A DNA stretch of 64,000 nt from Octopus vulgaris (GCA_951406725.2 OX597825.1:77562001-77626000); one strand, 5' to 3'. Numbered from the stretch's first letter, positions 1 through 14,282 are shown. The notes: generated by a model not told the origin, from the letters alone. Program-made: numbers and translations.

Positions 1-179
1 GGGAACATAAGCATACTATCACCGGTTGTCAAACGATGGTGTACAAGCACAAACACTCACACAAGAACACATAACTCTCTCTCTCGCCCTCACTCTCTCT
101 CTGCATACATATAGATAGATTGATTAATTGATTGACTGATAGCTATACATATACATATATATGTACATATATATATGTA

Positions 180-233
<54 letters not shown>

Positions 234-406
234 CGATGAGTCCCTTTCAGTTTCCGTCTACAAAATCTGATATTTTCATTATTGGCACCGAAAAGGAAGA
301 AATAAGAGACAAATTAGACACCAGTGATATTTGAACTCATAACCCAAAGATCATGTTTAAATACTTACTGGCATGCTTGCCCAATCGCTAACAACTCTAC
401 CACTCG

Positions 407-562
<156 letters not shown>

Positions 563-1409
563 CTGTGTGTGTGTGTATGTCTATCTATCTCGTGTGTTTC
601 CGGGCTTATGTATATAGGTGTGTATGTCTATGTATGTATACATATTCTTACATATATACGCATACACATATATGCATGTGTATATCAATATATATATATG
701 TGTGTGTGTGTTTATCTGCATATTAAGTACATGTATTTTTATATATATAATCGTATATATATTTATTTATATATACAACATATATATATATATATACACA
801 CACATATATACATATATACATATATGTATATGCGCATATATATATATACATATATATATATATATGTATACACACACGTAGACACGCATATACATATATC
901 TACATATAAATATATGCGTGTTCCGTGAGTATGTGCACATACATAAAAAAGTGTTTCTATGTGAGCACACGTGTGTATAACTGCTAGTTTATTTCACATC
1001 GGTCCATCAATATATCGATCTATCAATCAATCGACCAATCAGCTTATTTAACTCATCCATCTTCATCACTACTTTTAATTACATTTCGTCTTCTTACATT
1101 AGCATAATTGCCATCGCAAACAATCTCAACCTCCACCCCCATCCGCATCACCTTCTCCAACACAACCACCTCATTCCCACCACCACCACCACCATCACCA
1201 CAATACAACCATACCATAAACATAACCACTACCACTGCCACCTTACAACCGCCACAGTAACTAATACCCGACAAAGCAGCTAATACCACCAACAAACCAC
1301 TACCGCAACTACCACCGCTACAATATCCTCCATTATGATTAAAACCACACTACTACTAATACTACTACTTGTACTGCTACTACTACTACTACTACTACTG
1401 CTACTACTG

Positions 1410-1450
<41 letters not shown>

Positions 1451-1575
1451 GCTACTACTACTGCTACTACTACTAATACTACTACTATTACTACTACAAC
1501 TACTACTGCTACTACTACTACAACTACTACTACCTACTACTACTACTGCTGCTGCTACTACTACTGCTACAACTG

Positions 1576-1620
<45 letters not shown>

Positions 1621-2002
1621 TTCTCTTTCTTTCTTTTCTTTTTCCTTGTTTTTCTTTCTTTCTCATTTTATCAGTTACAAATTTTGAAAACTGATGATGT
1701 CATTCTATCAAAATAGGAACGCAGGATTACCTCGTTTATAGTTTGAATTTATGAGTTTCTATGGTTGCTTTCATTCTACATTTCAAACCTCAAGAAGGCA
1801 GACGATCTGTCGAAATATCGTTCAAACTGTTAAATAAACAATCTATTACAAACCGTATCGCGCTCTTCTTGTGTAATTTCCTTCCTGGGGGAGTTACGTC
1901 AATCTTTATAAGATGATAATAATGAAAATAATAAGAAGAAGAAGAAGAACAACAACAACAACACCTACAACAACAATAATAATAACAATAATAATAATAA
2001 TG

Positions 2003-2042
<40 letters not shown>

Positions 2043-2190
2043 TAACAATAACAACAACAACAGCAACAACAACAACAACAGCAGCAACAGCAACAACAGC
2101 AACAGCAGCAGCAGCAGAAACAACAACAACAACAACAACAACAACAATAATAATAATAATAATAATAATAATGATAATAATAATAATAAA

Positions 2191-2505
2191 AATGTAAATG
2201 TTCTTACTGATATAAAATATCTGTAAAGGAATTTGGCAAATTAAGTCAATATAAGAACCTGGAAATTGAAATACAAATGATGTGGTGTCTTAAAGCGAGA
2301 ACTGTTCCTGTTATTGTAGATACCCTAGGTGTGATAAAAAAAAAAAGAGATATCAGAAACATCTAGACAACATCCCAGGTGAATCACGTCTCAGAGAAGT
2401 CAATAAGGTTGTGCTGACAAGTACTACCTACATCCTTAGTAACTACCATATCAATTTTAATATATGTACTGTATTACTTTGATGACATGCGCTGCTCTCT
2501 CACTC
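2191..2505 (+). mobile_element. Degenerate 3' fragment of a second R4/Dong-like LINE subfamily
   Basis: It translates (with frameshifts) as ISVKEFGKLSQYKNLEIEIQMMWCLKARTVPVIVDTLGVIKK..YQKHLDNIPGESRLREVNKVVLTSTTYILS. This is colinear with the C-terminus of ORF 25903-27072 (VSVKAYQKLSKYKDLEIEISKMWKLKTKTIPVVIGALGMI...IPGNPKMAEVQKIVLMGTAHIL). (AAT)n flanks both sides. Confidence 0.85.
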
Positions 2506-2554
<49 letters not shown>

Positions 2555-2791
2555 CTTTCTACTAAAGGTACAAGACTTGAAATTGTTTTTTGGAGTAGGT
2601 GAGTAACCGATTACATCGACCCCACTGGTACTTAATTTCTCGACCCCGAAAAAAATGGAAATCGAAGTCAAACTCGACGGAATTTAAACTCAGGACGTAG
2701 CGGCAGACTCAATACCATTAAGCATTTCGCCCAACTTCCTAATGATTCATCCAATTCGCCACTTTATATAATAATTATGATGATGATGATG

Positions 2792-2874
<83 letters not shown>

Positions 2875-2877
2875 CAA

Positions 2878-2993
<116 letters not shown>

Positions 2994-3497
2994 TAATAAT
3001 AATAATAATAATAATACAACTACCACCACGTGCCAACGCAAAAATTAATACTATCGCCACAACCTTTTCCATCACTACTAAAGATGTTTGGCATTTGTTA
3101 CGATATCATTCTTTGGAATTACCAAGCACTTTGTTGCGAACAAATGAGGTGGGAAATTGTTTTTGTTATTCATTCGAAGAATTCCATAACAAACATGAAA
3201 CGCTTTTAAGAAAGACATCCGCCATCATTCACAGAACTACATTCCGCTTTTGTAATATAATGACGCCGGCGGCAATTGAAGTCAGCAATTAAATTTTACA
3301 ATGGATTATCGCAGGTAATCCAGTTTTTCTTCCAACACACACATACAGATTCATACACGCATAGACACACATATACGCACATTTCCGCATACGCATACAT
3401 ACAGACACATACACACACACACATGTATGCACATATATACATATATACGTAGGTATGTATTTGTATTTGTGATTGTATATATTTACATATATTTACT

Positions 3498-3597
<100 letters not shown>

Positions 3598-3682
3598 GTT
3601 CTTATATGTGTGTGAATCGGCATATATATGTGTGCATGTGTGTGTGCATATATATATATATATACACACAAGTATGTATGAA

Positions 3683-3935
3683 TAAACTTAGATATGTTTC
3701 GACCGAAGAATGGTTCAGGCCTTGTCTAACTTAATAGCACTACATGATAGGATTATCTAAATCCGTTTTGTAGTATCATGGTCCATTCGAGTAGGGAGTT
3801 CTTGTTGAGCGTGTTGTATCCACATATAGGTAGCTTATCTGGTATTCCTTGAACAAATTCGTCCAGATTCCGTTTAAAGGTAATGGGATCTCTTTCCTCT
3901 TTGATCTGTTTTGGAACAATGTTAAATGGAGCAGA
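3683..3935 (-). mobile_element. CR1/L2-group LINE 3' end (ORF2 C-terminus + 3' UTR)
   Basis: PFNIVPKQIKEERDPITFKRNLDEFVQGIPDKLPICGY..LNKNSLLEW matches the CR1-group ORF2 terminus pattern (LFN.LP..I.....FK..LD.FL..IPD.P...GY....NSL). The 3' UTR recurs at 36089 and 36380. Confidence 0.7.
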
Positions 3936-3961
3936 TGTATATATATGTGTATACATACGTA

Positions 3962-4059
<98 letters not shown>

Positions 4060-4061
4060 TG

Positions 4062-5072
4062 AAAGACTGAATATAGAATGCACGAGAATTTATTAAAAAC
4101 GGCAATTGTTTCGGCACATCTAAGACCGATCCTTCATGGGTGGGACCCTCAAGAACAGATTCGGGAACATCCGGTGGCGCAGATGTATCTCGTCGGGTGA
4201 AAAATTAATACAACTCGTTAAAATAATAATGCTGCAAGTACTTTAAGACAATCAATAAGAGACAATCAACATATTTGGCAGATTTTGTATGGCGACTGAA
4301 GGAGGATAAAATGAAGTACAGCGTAACTTGGTCCATAGTAAGGCATGCAAAACCATACAATATAATTTCCAGGAGATGCCGTCTCTGCTCCGAGGAATCC
4401 CTGTTTATTCTGTGGACTAACGAGAAGAGAATTAATAGAATTTCTGAGCGACTCTCGAGATGCCTACAGGCATATAGTGTACTTTTGCATAATGCAGGAA
4501 GAATAAATTTTCAGTAACCGTTAACATAATTTTATTTACTTGAAGATGTGGATGACTTAAGTTTACTTTTGACCTCTCCATTCTTACAGACACCAAGTAG
4601 ATGGTTAACTCCCTCTGTGACCATGAGTGCACCAAACTTCACGTCTGCTCACACTTCGCGCCATACAGCTTTCTGAGGTCGTTTATACATCCATATTTGT
4701 TAACGGTTGTTTTTAGTACTTTTCTCGCTGTTCGTTTCTCGCTTTCCCATCTGTGATTTTATTTCTATATATTCTATATATTCTATATATAAAAGAAGAT
4801 ATTCTATATAAATGAAGATATTTATATAAATATCTATATACATGAAGATATTTCTATATAAGTGAAGATATTTCCCCCGTCTGGCTGCTTTTCTTTCTAT
4901 AAAATGAGAAGGTACATTACAGAACTGTTATTTTAACGAGTTGTATATATTCATCACAAAACGAAACACATCAGCACCGCTGGATGTTCTTGCACCCATG
5001 AGGGATCAATGCTAGATGTGTCGGAACTATTGCCGTGATTAATAATAAATTCTCGTATATTCCATTTTCCGC
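4062..5072 (+). mobile_element. Penelope-like element relic: Neptune-type GIY-YIG-associated C-terminal region between inverted pLTR-like arms
   Basis: ORF 4275-4517 LADFVWRLKEDKMKYSVTWSIVRHAKPYNIISRRCRLCSEESLFIL...INRISERLSRC fits the Neptune C-terminus pattern (LSKYIW.LK....Y.IKW.I...A.PY.....C.LC..EK..I.....LNKRSEL.S.CRH). Degenerate inverted arms of about 150-170 nt lie at 4062-4228 and 4926-5072. Confidence 0.75.
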
Positions 5073-5541
5073 CTTGCATTTACCATATACGTAACGATCA
5101 CTATGGAAGTGACCGTGCTTTACCAGTAATGCTACCAGGAGTAAACCATTCATTTTATAATCCAACACACTCACACACACACACACACACACACACATAA
5201 AATTTAAATAAGCAGAGAATGGAGAAGACATACAAATGGACCAACATCGGTTAATTATTTAATTATTCTTATCCCTTAGACTTTTAATCCAACCGCTAAT
5301 CACTTTAGTTATTGAGAAGTGGATAGATAGATAGCTATATAGATAGATATGTAGGTAGGTAGGCAGAGAAACAGATACCAAGTTAGAGACAAATATAGAA
5401 CCAATGCAAGATGTGTATGTGTGCATGTATACACACATACAAACATACATATACACATATATATATATGTGTGTGCGCATATATATATATGTATGTATAT
5501 ATATATATGTATATATATATATATACATATGTATGTATATA

Positions 5542-5629
<88 letters not shown>

Positions 5630-5632
5630 ATA

Positions 5633-6036
5633 TTTTATTCTTTTATTCTTTTACTTGTTTCAGTAATTTACTGTGGCCATGCTGGAGCACCACCTTCAGT
5701 CGAGAAATCGACCCTCAGGACGTCTTCTTTGTAAGCCTAGTACGTATTCTATAGGTCTCTTTTGCCTAACCGCTAAGTTACGGGGACGTAACCTCACCAG
5801 CATCGGTTGTCAAGCGATGCTTTGGGACAAACACAGACACACAAACATACACACACATACACATACACATATATACGACGGGCCTCTTTCAGTTTCCGTC
5901 TATCAAATCCACTTACAACTTAGGTTAGCTCGAGGCTATACTAGAAGACACTTGGCCAAGGTGCCATGCAGTGGGACTGAACCCAGAACCATATGGATGA
6001 TAAGCAAGCTAATTACTACACAACCACTCTTGCACC
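5633..6036 (-). mobile_element. tRNA-derived CORE-type SINE (family A), near full length
   Basis: Reverse complement of the 61893-62300 element, with head, GTGGCACCTTGG.CAAGTGTC core, internal (CA)n and a (GAATAAAA)n-like tail. Confidence 0.85.
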
Positions 6037-6063
6037 TATACATACATAAAATAATAAAAATAA

Positions 6064-6292
6064 ATGCACCCTTTTAAAGCCTAGCCCTGTTTCCCGGTCT
6101 CTATTGCCTATGTGTTCCCCAGCTGGACGGGACGCTAGTCCATCGCAGCGTTACTCATTTTTGCCAGCTGAGTGGACTGGAGCAAAGTGAAATGAAGTGC
6201 TCAAGAACACGACACGTCACCCGGTCCAAGAATCGAAACCACACTCTTACGATCATGACGCTGACACCCTATCCACTAAACCACGCGCCTCC
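6064..6292 (-). mobile_element. tRNA-derived SINE (head/middle shared with the 60826 element, different 3' tail)
   Basis: On the minus strand: GGAGGCGCGTGGTTTAGTGG (A box)...GGTTTCGATTC (B box)...CTCCAGTCCACTCAGCTGGCAAAAATGAGTA, then a GCTGCGATGGACTAGCGTCCCGTCC tail. Confidence 0.75.
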
Positions 6293-6299
6293 ACTATAT

Positions 6300-6374
<75 letters not shown>

Positions 6375-6502
6375 TGTATGTATATATATATGTGTATGTA
6401 TATATATATATGTATATATATATATATGTATGTATATATGTATGTATGTTTATATATATGTATATATATATATGTATATATATATATATGCACATATATA
6501 TG

Positions 6503-6586
<84 letters not shown>

Positions 6587-7224
6587 CATACATATATACA
6601 TATAGAAAGACACACAGACATGCATCCATACAAGTAGGTCACATAAATAATTGACTGCCACATTCCTCGCGCACGATCCATTCAATCGTCCACCAGAAGT
6701 GTTTGTTTTAATAAACGAATATTCCGCCACCAAACTCTATTGAAATAACAAAAATTTGATATCAAGTTTTCATTGCTCTGATTAGATATAGATCGATATC
6801 GATTTGTCGATCTGTCCCTTGCATCACCTTACCCCGTCCCCACACGTCTCCGTCACCTTTAATCGATATTGTCTCTTTGTTTCTAAATCATTCATGAAAA
6901 ATTCTTTCTGTTGTGTTTGTCATTTGTGTTGGCAATTGTTTTATTGTTTACTTTGTTTAACTTTTTTTAGCTATTATTATTATTATTTTATTTTTTACTT
7001 TAAAATTTTTCCCTTTTCTTCCAGAAAAGGTTGATTAAATCTTGTCATAATTTCTTGTGAATCAATCTGTGTAATGTGAGAATGTACAGTTGTGTCTTTT
7101 GTACAGAAAGTGTATATTTCGAGGTGTGGAATTATACCTACAAGGTTACTAGTACATATCTATATGTGCGTGTGTCTGTGTGTGTGTATGAGTGTGTGTG
7201 AGTGAGTGTAAATAGTGTGTGTGT

Positions 7225-7400
7225 AGCTGTGTGGTAAGTAGCTTGCTTACCAACCACGTGCTTCCAGATTCAGTCCCACTGCGTGGCACCTTGGGCAAGT
7301 GTCTTCTACTATAGCCTCGGGCCGATTTGCTTGACTAAAGAACAACCGTTGAAGGTAGTACTCCAGCATGGCCGCAGTCAGATGCCTGAAACGAATAAAG
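7225..7400 (+). mobile_element. SINE family A, internally deleted
   Basis: The head GCTGTGTGGTAAGTAGCTTGC...CAGTCCCACTGCGTGGCACCTTGGGCAAGTGTC is fused directly to the tail CTCCAGCATGGCCGCAGTCA. Confidence 0.75.
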
Positions 7401-8054
7401 GTGTGCGTGTGTGTGTGTGTGTGTGTGTATGTATACTAACAACGAATGAAGCCTATTGGTTCTTTTTAACACTTACTCTGAACTCAAGTTTACGGTACCA
7501 ACCCATTCCTGGAGCCCTACTTATTGATATGCCTAGATTCTCACCTCCGAGACTTTCTCACCTCCCGTGCAGGCTCGTACCTGCTCATGTGTGTGCATGT
7601 GTAAGTATGTGTGTGTGTATGTATGCATATGTATATGCATATATGTACACGTACATCTTATGAATATGTGCCTATACTCATATAGATATATAATCATATA
7701 TTTACATATGTATGAATATATACGTATAATATATATACATATATGAATATATGTGTATGCGAGTGTATATATTTGTATGTGCATACCTGCATGTGTGTGT
7801 GCGTGCTTGCATGCGTGCATGTGTGTTTGTGCGTGCGTGCATGCGTGTCATGTGTGTGCGTGTGTATGTGTGTGTCCGTGTGTGCATGCGTGTGTATGTG
7901 TGTGCTTACGTGGTGCGTGAGTGTGTGTGTATGCATGTGTGCGTGTGACTGTATGTGTGTGCTTGTGTGTAAATGCGAGTGTGCGTGCATATGTGTGTGT
8001 GCGCGTACGTGCGTGCGTGCGTGCGTGTTTGTGTGTGTGTGTGTGTGTGTGCTT

Positions 8055-8094
<40 letters not shown>

Positions 8095-8373
8095 GTGCCT
8101 AGACTGCTGTAACGCATCACGCACTCTTTTCAACAAAAAACGTCTTTCTTTGCTGAAAGCCTTATTGATCACGTGTCGTCTACGTCATTAATAAGCGAAG
8201 CAAGATAATGGGAAACGGTAAAATGGCCAGCAAAGAATCCTTACCAATATCCCGTTGCATTGACAATCCAAAGACGAGACTTTCGGCACTTGGCACTTGT
8301 TTTCACAATGTCAATCGATAAATTAATGAAAAGATTTTGTTGTTATTGTGGTTCATATTCTTTATAACGACGC

Positions 8374-8420
<47 letters not shown>

Positions 8421-9688
8421 ATAGTGGTCATGGTGATGGTCAAGGTAATGGTGATGGTAGTGGGGCTGTGGCTGGGGCTGGTAACGGTTTTTATGGTGGT
8501 GATGTCGTTGGTGGTTAGGTGGTTGGTGGTGGTGGTGGTGGTGGTGGTGGCGGCGGCGGCGGCGGCGTTGGTGATGACGCAGTTGTTGGTGATGATGTTG
8601 CTGCTGATGACGATGAGTATGATGGTGATGCTGATGTCGATGTCACGTTTCAAAATTTGTGCTTCTTTGACTTGAGTATTTTTATTTATTTTATTATTTT
8701 TTTCTTTCCTTTTCTTTTTATTGTTGTTGTTTGCTCTTTTCTTCCTGTCCGCACAGAACACAAGACTTCACTTTCGCATCTGTTCTTTCCTAACTCGGAA
8801 ACGTATAATTTGAGGAAATATTGACTGCTATTTCGTTGCCTTATCTTGGTAGACACGATGGTTCTTATTGATCTGGCCGCGGTTCCTTTAATTCTGTTTT
8901 TTGTTTTCTCCTTGCTTTTCCTTTAGCAATGGCGACGTTCGTTGTCATCGTGAATATAAAACAAAAATGGTGGCCAATGACTTGGTTACAATTATTGTGG
9001 CTGACATTGCAATGATCGCTACTGCTAACTGTTGTTGTCGTTGTTGTTGTTGTTGTTTCAGTTTTTCTTGTTGTTGCTGCTGCTGTTGCTACTGTTGCTG
9101 TTGTTGATTCTGTTTTACTTGTTATTGCTGTTATTGTTGTTGATGTTGTTGGTGTTGTTTCTGTTTTTCTTCTAGGTTTTGCTGCTGTTGTTGCTCTTGC
9201 TCTTGTTGTCGTGGCTGTTGCTGTTGTTGATTCTGTTTTTCTTCTTGTTGTTGCTGCTGTTGTTGCTGCTGCTGTTATTGCTGTTGTACTTTCTGTTTTC
9301 CTTATTGTTGTTGATTCTATTTTTCTTGTTGCTGCTGCTGCTGTTATTGCTGTTATTGCTGTTGTACTTTCTGTTTTCCTTGTTGTTGTTGTTGTTGTTG
9401 TTGTGAGTTCTGTTTTCTTTGCTGCTGCTGTTATTGCCATTGTTGTTGTGGCTGTTGCTGTTGTTGATTCTGTTTTTCTTGTTGTTGTTGTTGTTATTAC
9501 TGTTATTGTTCCTGTTTTTCTTGTTGTTGCTGCTGCTGTTTTCGTTGTTGTCTCTGTTTTTCTTATTGTTATTGTTGTTGTTGCTGTTGTCCTAGTAAAC
9601 GTTGTTGTATTTCTTTCTGTCTACAACTGCTACGATGACTATCACCACCGACCTCACTGGCGCCGACATTAAAACCGAATCTAGTGGC

Positions 9689-9729
<41 letters not shown>

Positions 9730-9757
9730 CAGCAGCAGCAGCAGCAGTAGCAGTAGC

Positions 9758-9813
<56 letters not shown>

Positions 9814-9835
9814 CAGCAGTAGCAGCAGCAGTAGC

Positions 9836-9966
<131 letters not shown>

Positions 9967-11039
9967 CAGCAGCAGCGACAAAATGACAACAAGAATATCA
10001 ATCAACGGTAAGACCAAGGAATCTGACGGAACACGTTCCCTTTACTACTAATGTCACAGTTGATTTGGAATCGAATAAGAACACCAACAACTGCAACAAT
10101 AAACACAGCAAGAATAACTACAACAACAACAGCAACGACAACATGACTAACAACGACCGCAGCAGCAACAACAACAGCAACAACAACAACTGGAAAAAAG
10201 AAAAAAACACAGAAAAACGCGTGGGCCAATTATATGCATTCTAGCATTACATCTCGTCAATTCGAAGCAGTTTCGTAATATAAATAACAAGTTTTGCCGT
10301 TTGCTCTCAGAATAACCGTTCCGTTGGTCAGTGGAATCATTTAGATTAAAGCCAAAGGAGGAAAGGGGAAAAAAATAACACTGGAATTTTGTAGACCCTG
10401 GCGACTGCTAATCAAAGACAAATTCTATAATTAATATGTATTGGAGAAACCATAAATCAGGATGAAAGCTCTGCTCCCCAGGCATTTATTAGAAGTGTAT
10501 TGTGATGTCTCTCTACGTATTACAGCGGCTTTGGGTTTCTCTATACGTATGTGTTCGTATATATGTTTCGTATATAAGTGCGTGCACGAGTGCTTGTGTA
10601 TGTGTGTGTGTGTGTGTGTGTGCTTGTGTTTGTGTGTATGTGTGTGTTTCAATCGTGTAACTTACGTCTTAGTTACGAATTTTCTGCATATTTTCGTATA
10701 TGTTGTATTGCATAAATGTGACTGTATGTATGTATGTGTGTGTGTGTGTGTGTGTTTTTTTTTTTTTGTCATGTCTGTGCGTGTGCGGCGTAGTGTAAGA
10801 GCATGCATATATCTCTGTCACCCTCATCGTCTCTCGCTTTCTTTCTGCAGATGACGTTGAAGTGGAAGGAGAACCAAAGAAGTACGGAGAAGGAAGGGGA
10901 TGTGGACGACGACAAAAATGATGATGATGATGATGATGATAATAATAATAGTAATAATGATGATAATGATGATGAAGATGGTGATTATGATGATGATAAT
11001 GAGGATGATGATGAGGGATGATGCAATAATAATAATAGA

Positions 11040-11650
11040 TGCAAATTTTAGCACAAGGCCTGACGTTTTGGAGGAGTGGGTAAGTCGATTACACCGACCC
11101 AAGTTCTCAACTGGTAATTATTTTATTGACCCCGAAAGGATGAAAGGCAAAGTCGACATCGGTGGAATTTGAACTCTGAACGTAAATATAAGTACGAAAT
11201 ACTACGAAGCATTTTGCCCGGCGCGGTAACGATTCTTATTTCTTTATTGCCCACAAGGGGCTGAACATAGAGGGAAGAATAAAGACAGACAAACGGATTA
11301 AGTTGATCACATCGACTCCAGTGCGTAACTGTTCCTTAATTTATCGATCCCGAAAGGATGAAAGGCAAAGTCGACCTCGACGGAATTTGAACTCTGAACG
11401 TAAATACGAACGAAATACATATTTCTTTACTACCCACAAGGGGCTAAACACAGAGAGGGCAAACAAGGACAGATAAACGGATTAAGTCGCTTATATCGAC
11501 CCGTGTGTAGCTGTTCCTTAATTTATCCACCCCGAAAGGATGAAAGGCAAAGTCGACCTCGGCGGAATTTGAACTCAGACCGTAACGGCAGACGAAATAC
11601 CGCTAAGCATTTCGCCCGGCGTGCTAAAGATTCTGCGAGGTCGTTGCCTT
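11040..11650 (-). mobile_element. Tandem array of three SINE family B units
   Basis: CCCGAAAGGATGAAAGGCAAAGTCGAC...GGAATTTGAACTC recurs at about 11130, 11350 and 11530. Confidence 0.85.
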
Positions 11651-12329
11651 CGTTTCATCTAATATCAATTCTCTACTTCCATTTCATATTTCTTTTTAAA
11701 ACCAAAAAGCAATCATGTCTTCTAAATGACATATTTTTTATCAATAAATTCCTCTAAACTTCAGAGTCTTGTTCCTGCGCCAAACCGTAATACTTTCAAT
11801 AATTCCATCATCTTGGAACATTCTAAAATAACTTCTTAGATTTTTCCTGTACTTTGAATGCAATTATACTAATTGGTAAACATGGCGAAGCATGTTTTTC
11901 CCCAAATTCCATTATAGAAAATATCGATGACGTAATCATTATACTTCAGAACCTAAAAGCTAAATCTGGGAATTTCTTTTAACTCAGCTTAGTTCAACGT
12001 AGCGCGTCTTACACGGTCATTCTTATCGTTGTGCTGTACATTTTACTATGAATTAAACAGCTGGCAATGATATCATTACTGTTATTTCTGCTATTAAGGT
12101 AGCGAGCTGGCACTATTAATGCCAGGTTCTGAGTTCAAATTCTGCCAAAATCGACTTAGTCATTTATCCTCTTGGGGATCAATAAAATCAGCCCTGGTTG
12201 AGTAGAAAAGTCGATGTAATAGACTAGCCCAACCCAACCCCACTTACGCCAAATTTCAGGTCAAGTGCCTATAAAAGAATGAGTTTTTATATAAGGGTTA
12301 ACATTGTATTTTTAAGCAAGTTGTCTGGA

Positions 12330-12713
12330 GTTATATCACAAAGGAATCTGCGTCAAAGTATCAGGAACTGATCCCGGATGCTTAATTATGCCTCGTTCCA
12401 CTGCGCAAGAACATCTCAAACAGATTGGGGAAGGATATAGAGAAGGGAAGTGGGTGCCTCGTGGGATGTAAATGGTACATTCAACGAAAATGCCCCCTAG
12501 ATAAATTCACTGGGCTGGGAAACTCTACCTTATCACCCTACTCACTAGACGTTGCACCATCAGATTTTTACTTCAACACTTTACCAGTGGAACAACATTC
12601 AGAAGCAGAAGCCAACGTTGAACTGACGCTCCAAGCATTTTTCACTTCTTATACAACCTGACATTTTGCCCAAGCAATTCGAAAACCGGTTTCGATGTGA
12701 AATTATTTTTATT

Positions 12714-12745
<32 letters not shown>

Positions 12746-12790
12746 TCTATTTTGCTACGGATGGCAATCATCTTTTGAATGGATAAATAT
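12330..12790 (+). mobile_element. Highly degenerate, internally deleted mariner transposase relic
   Basis: Fragments read HTH-like (RSTAQEHLKQIG), WVPR (WVPHEL motif) and GWETLP..PYSLDVAPSDFY (YSPDLAPSD motif). Confidence 0.6.
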
Positions 12791-12867
12791 ATTTACATGT
12801 TGCTGTTGATTGCAACTCATTACGTGAAATGTGACTTTACCTTTCGATACTCTAATATTAGATATGT

Positions 12868-12957
12868 GGAGGCACAAGGCCTAGTGGATAGAGCAGCGGA
12901 CTCGCGGTCGAGGGATCGCGGGTTCGAGTCTTAGACCGGGCGATGTGTGTGTTTATT
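12868..12957 (+). mobile_element. Truncated tRNA-derived SINE head (same type as 20403)
   Basis: GGAGGCACAAGGCCTAGTGG...GGACTCGCGGTCG...GGGTTCGAGTC matches the 20403 head. Confidence 0.7.
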
Positions 12958-13532
12958 GGTAAAAGGGAAATACCTCAACTTTAATCGAGAAGGGAACTTC
13001 ATCGGAAAAAGATTCTTCTCTCTATCTGGTGGGATTGCTAAGGAGTAATTCACTTCGAATTGTTATCACCTAATGCAACAATCAAAGAACGTTTGAACCA
13101 AGCTTTGAAGAAAAAAAGACCTGCTTTAGAGAGTCGAAAAGGATTGACGTTTCATCAGGACAATGTGCGACCCCACACTGCAAAGATCACATCATAGAAG
13201 ATCGAAGAGCTTGGTTGGGAAAAAATTCCTCATCCACCCTATTCTCCCAAACTTGCTCCTTCAAGCTACCATTTGTTTCGTAGTTTACAGAATCATTTGG
13301 GGGACATAACTTACGCAAGCCAGGAGTAGGTCGAAACTGACATTTCAGAGTTCTTCGCTTTGAAACCAAAAGAGTTTTACATTGATGGGATTATAAAGCT
13401 TGTAAATAGATGGAAGGAAGTCATAGCTAATCAGGGAAAGTACATTGATGATTAAATTTCTATTAACTATATCATTTGATCACTTGTTTTCTTTATTCAA
13501 CATTCGAACAGAACTTATGTGATGACCTGATA
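12958..13532 (+). mobile_element. Mariner (DD34D) transposase pseudogene, 3' half with right TIR
   Basis: KKILLSIWWDC*GVIHFELL...FHQDNVRPHTAKITS*KIEELGWEKIPHPPYSPKLAPSSYHLFRSLQNHL...RWKEVIANQGKYIDD*. There are 34 residues between the second D and the (mutated) third D position. It ends ...TATGTGATGACCTGATA followed by TA. Confidence 0.88.
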
Positions 13533-13772
13533 TAATGGGAAGCTTCAACTGCGATAGAAAGCTATCCTCTCAAGACATTTCGACTGGGATAGACAGCTTA
13601 TCCTCTCAATAAATTTTTAGTGAGGAACGTTTCAAAAAGTCTCCCGTTTATGCTTTCGATACCAACATCTTCGAATATCACTTCCCCTCAGTTAATCGTG
13701 TTTTATCCTGTTTCTACCTCCTACACTTCGGACTTCTACCTGGATTCTCTCTTTGTTTATTTTCTCATGTTT

Positions 13773-13808
13773 CTTTCTGTTGAAGAGCGTAGGCTCGAAA
13801 AGTAAAAT
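13773..13808 (+). ncRNA. Minimal hammerhead-ribozyme-like motif (A6U variant), degenerate copy
   Basis: CTTT-CTGTTGA-A-GAGC(gtag)GCTC-GAAA-AGTA-AAAT, within a repeat of about 200 nt homologous to 30141-30345. Confidence 0.5.
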
Positions 13809-14245
13809 ACTTTCTCACCTTCCCGAGCGTTAAACTAATACACTGGTTGTTGTTTATACACCTGTCTTCGGTTTTTGTTTTTTTGTAAATTCCAAATATT
13901 CACAACAACTTCCATATCCTCTTTTTCTGTATCTAAAGGCCAGCAGTCTAGTTCAACACTAGTTGCAGTGGAATTTTGTCAGGAATCAGGTCGCATAAAG
14001 AACGACAAAAATTAAATTTGGTCAAATATAAATCAATGACAGAATGATGTTAACAGTCCATGATGGATTTTTGAATTGCTAATATGAGGCTTCCGCACTG
14101 CAGTTGCTTTGTTGAGAGAGTTTTGCTTTGGCAGAGTTTTGTATACGTCCAGGTATAACTAAACATCATATTCATAAAGCTGAAATTTATATAATCTATA
14201 GGCGTATATGTGTGTGTAGGTGCTTATATAGATGTCTGTATGTGA

Positions 14246-14282
<37 letters not shown>

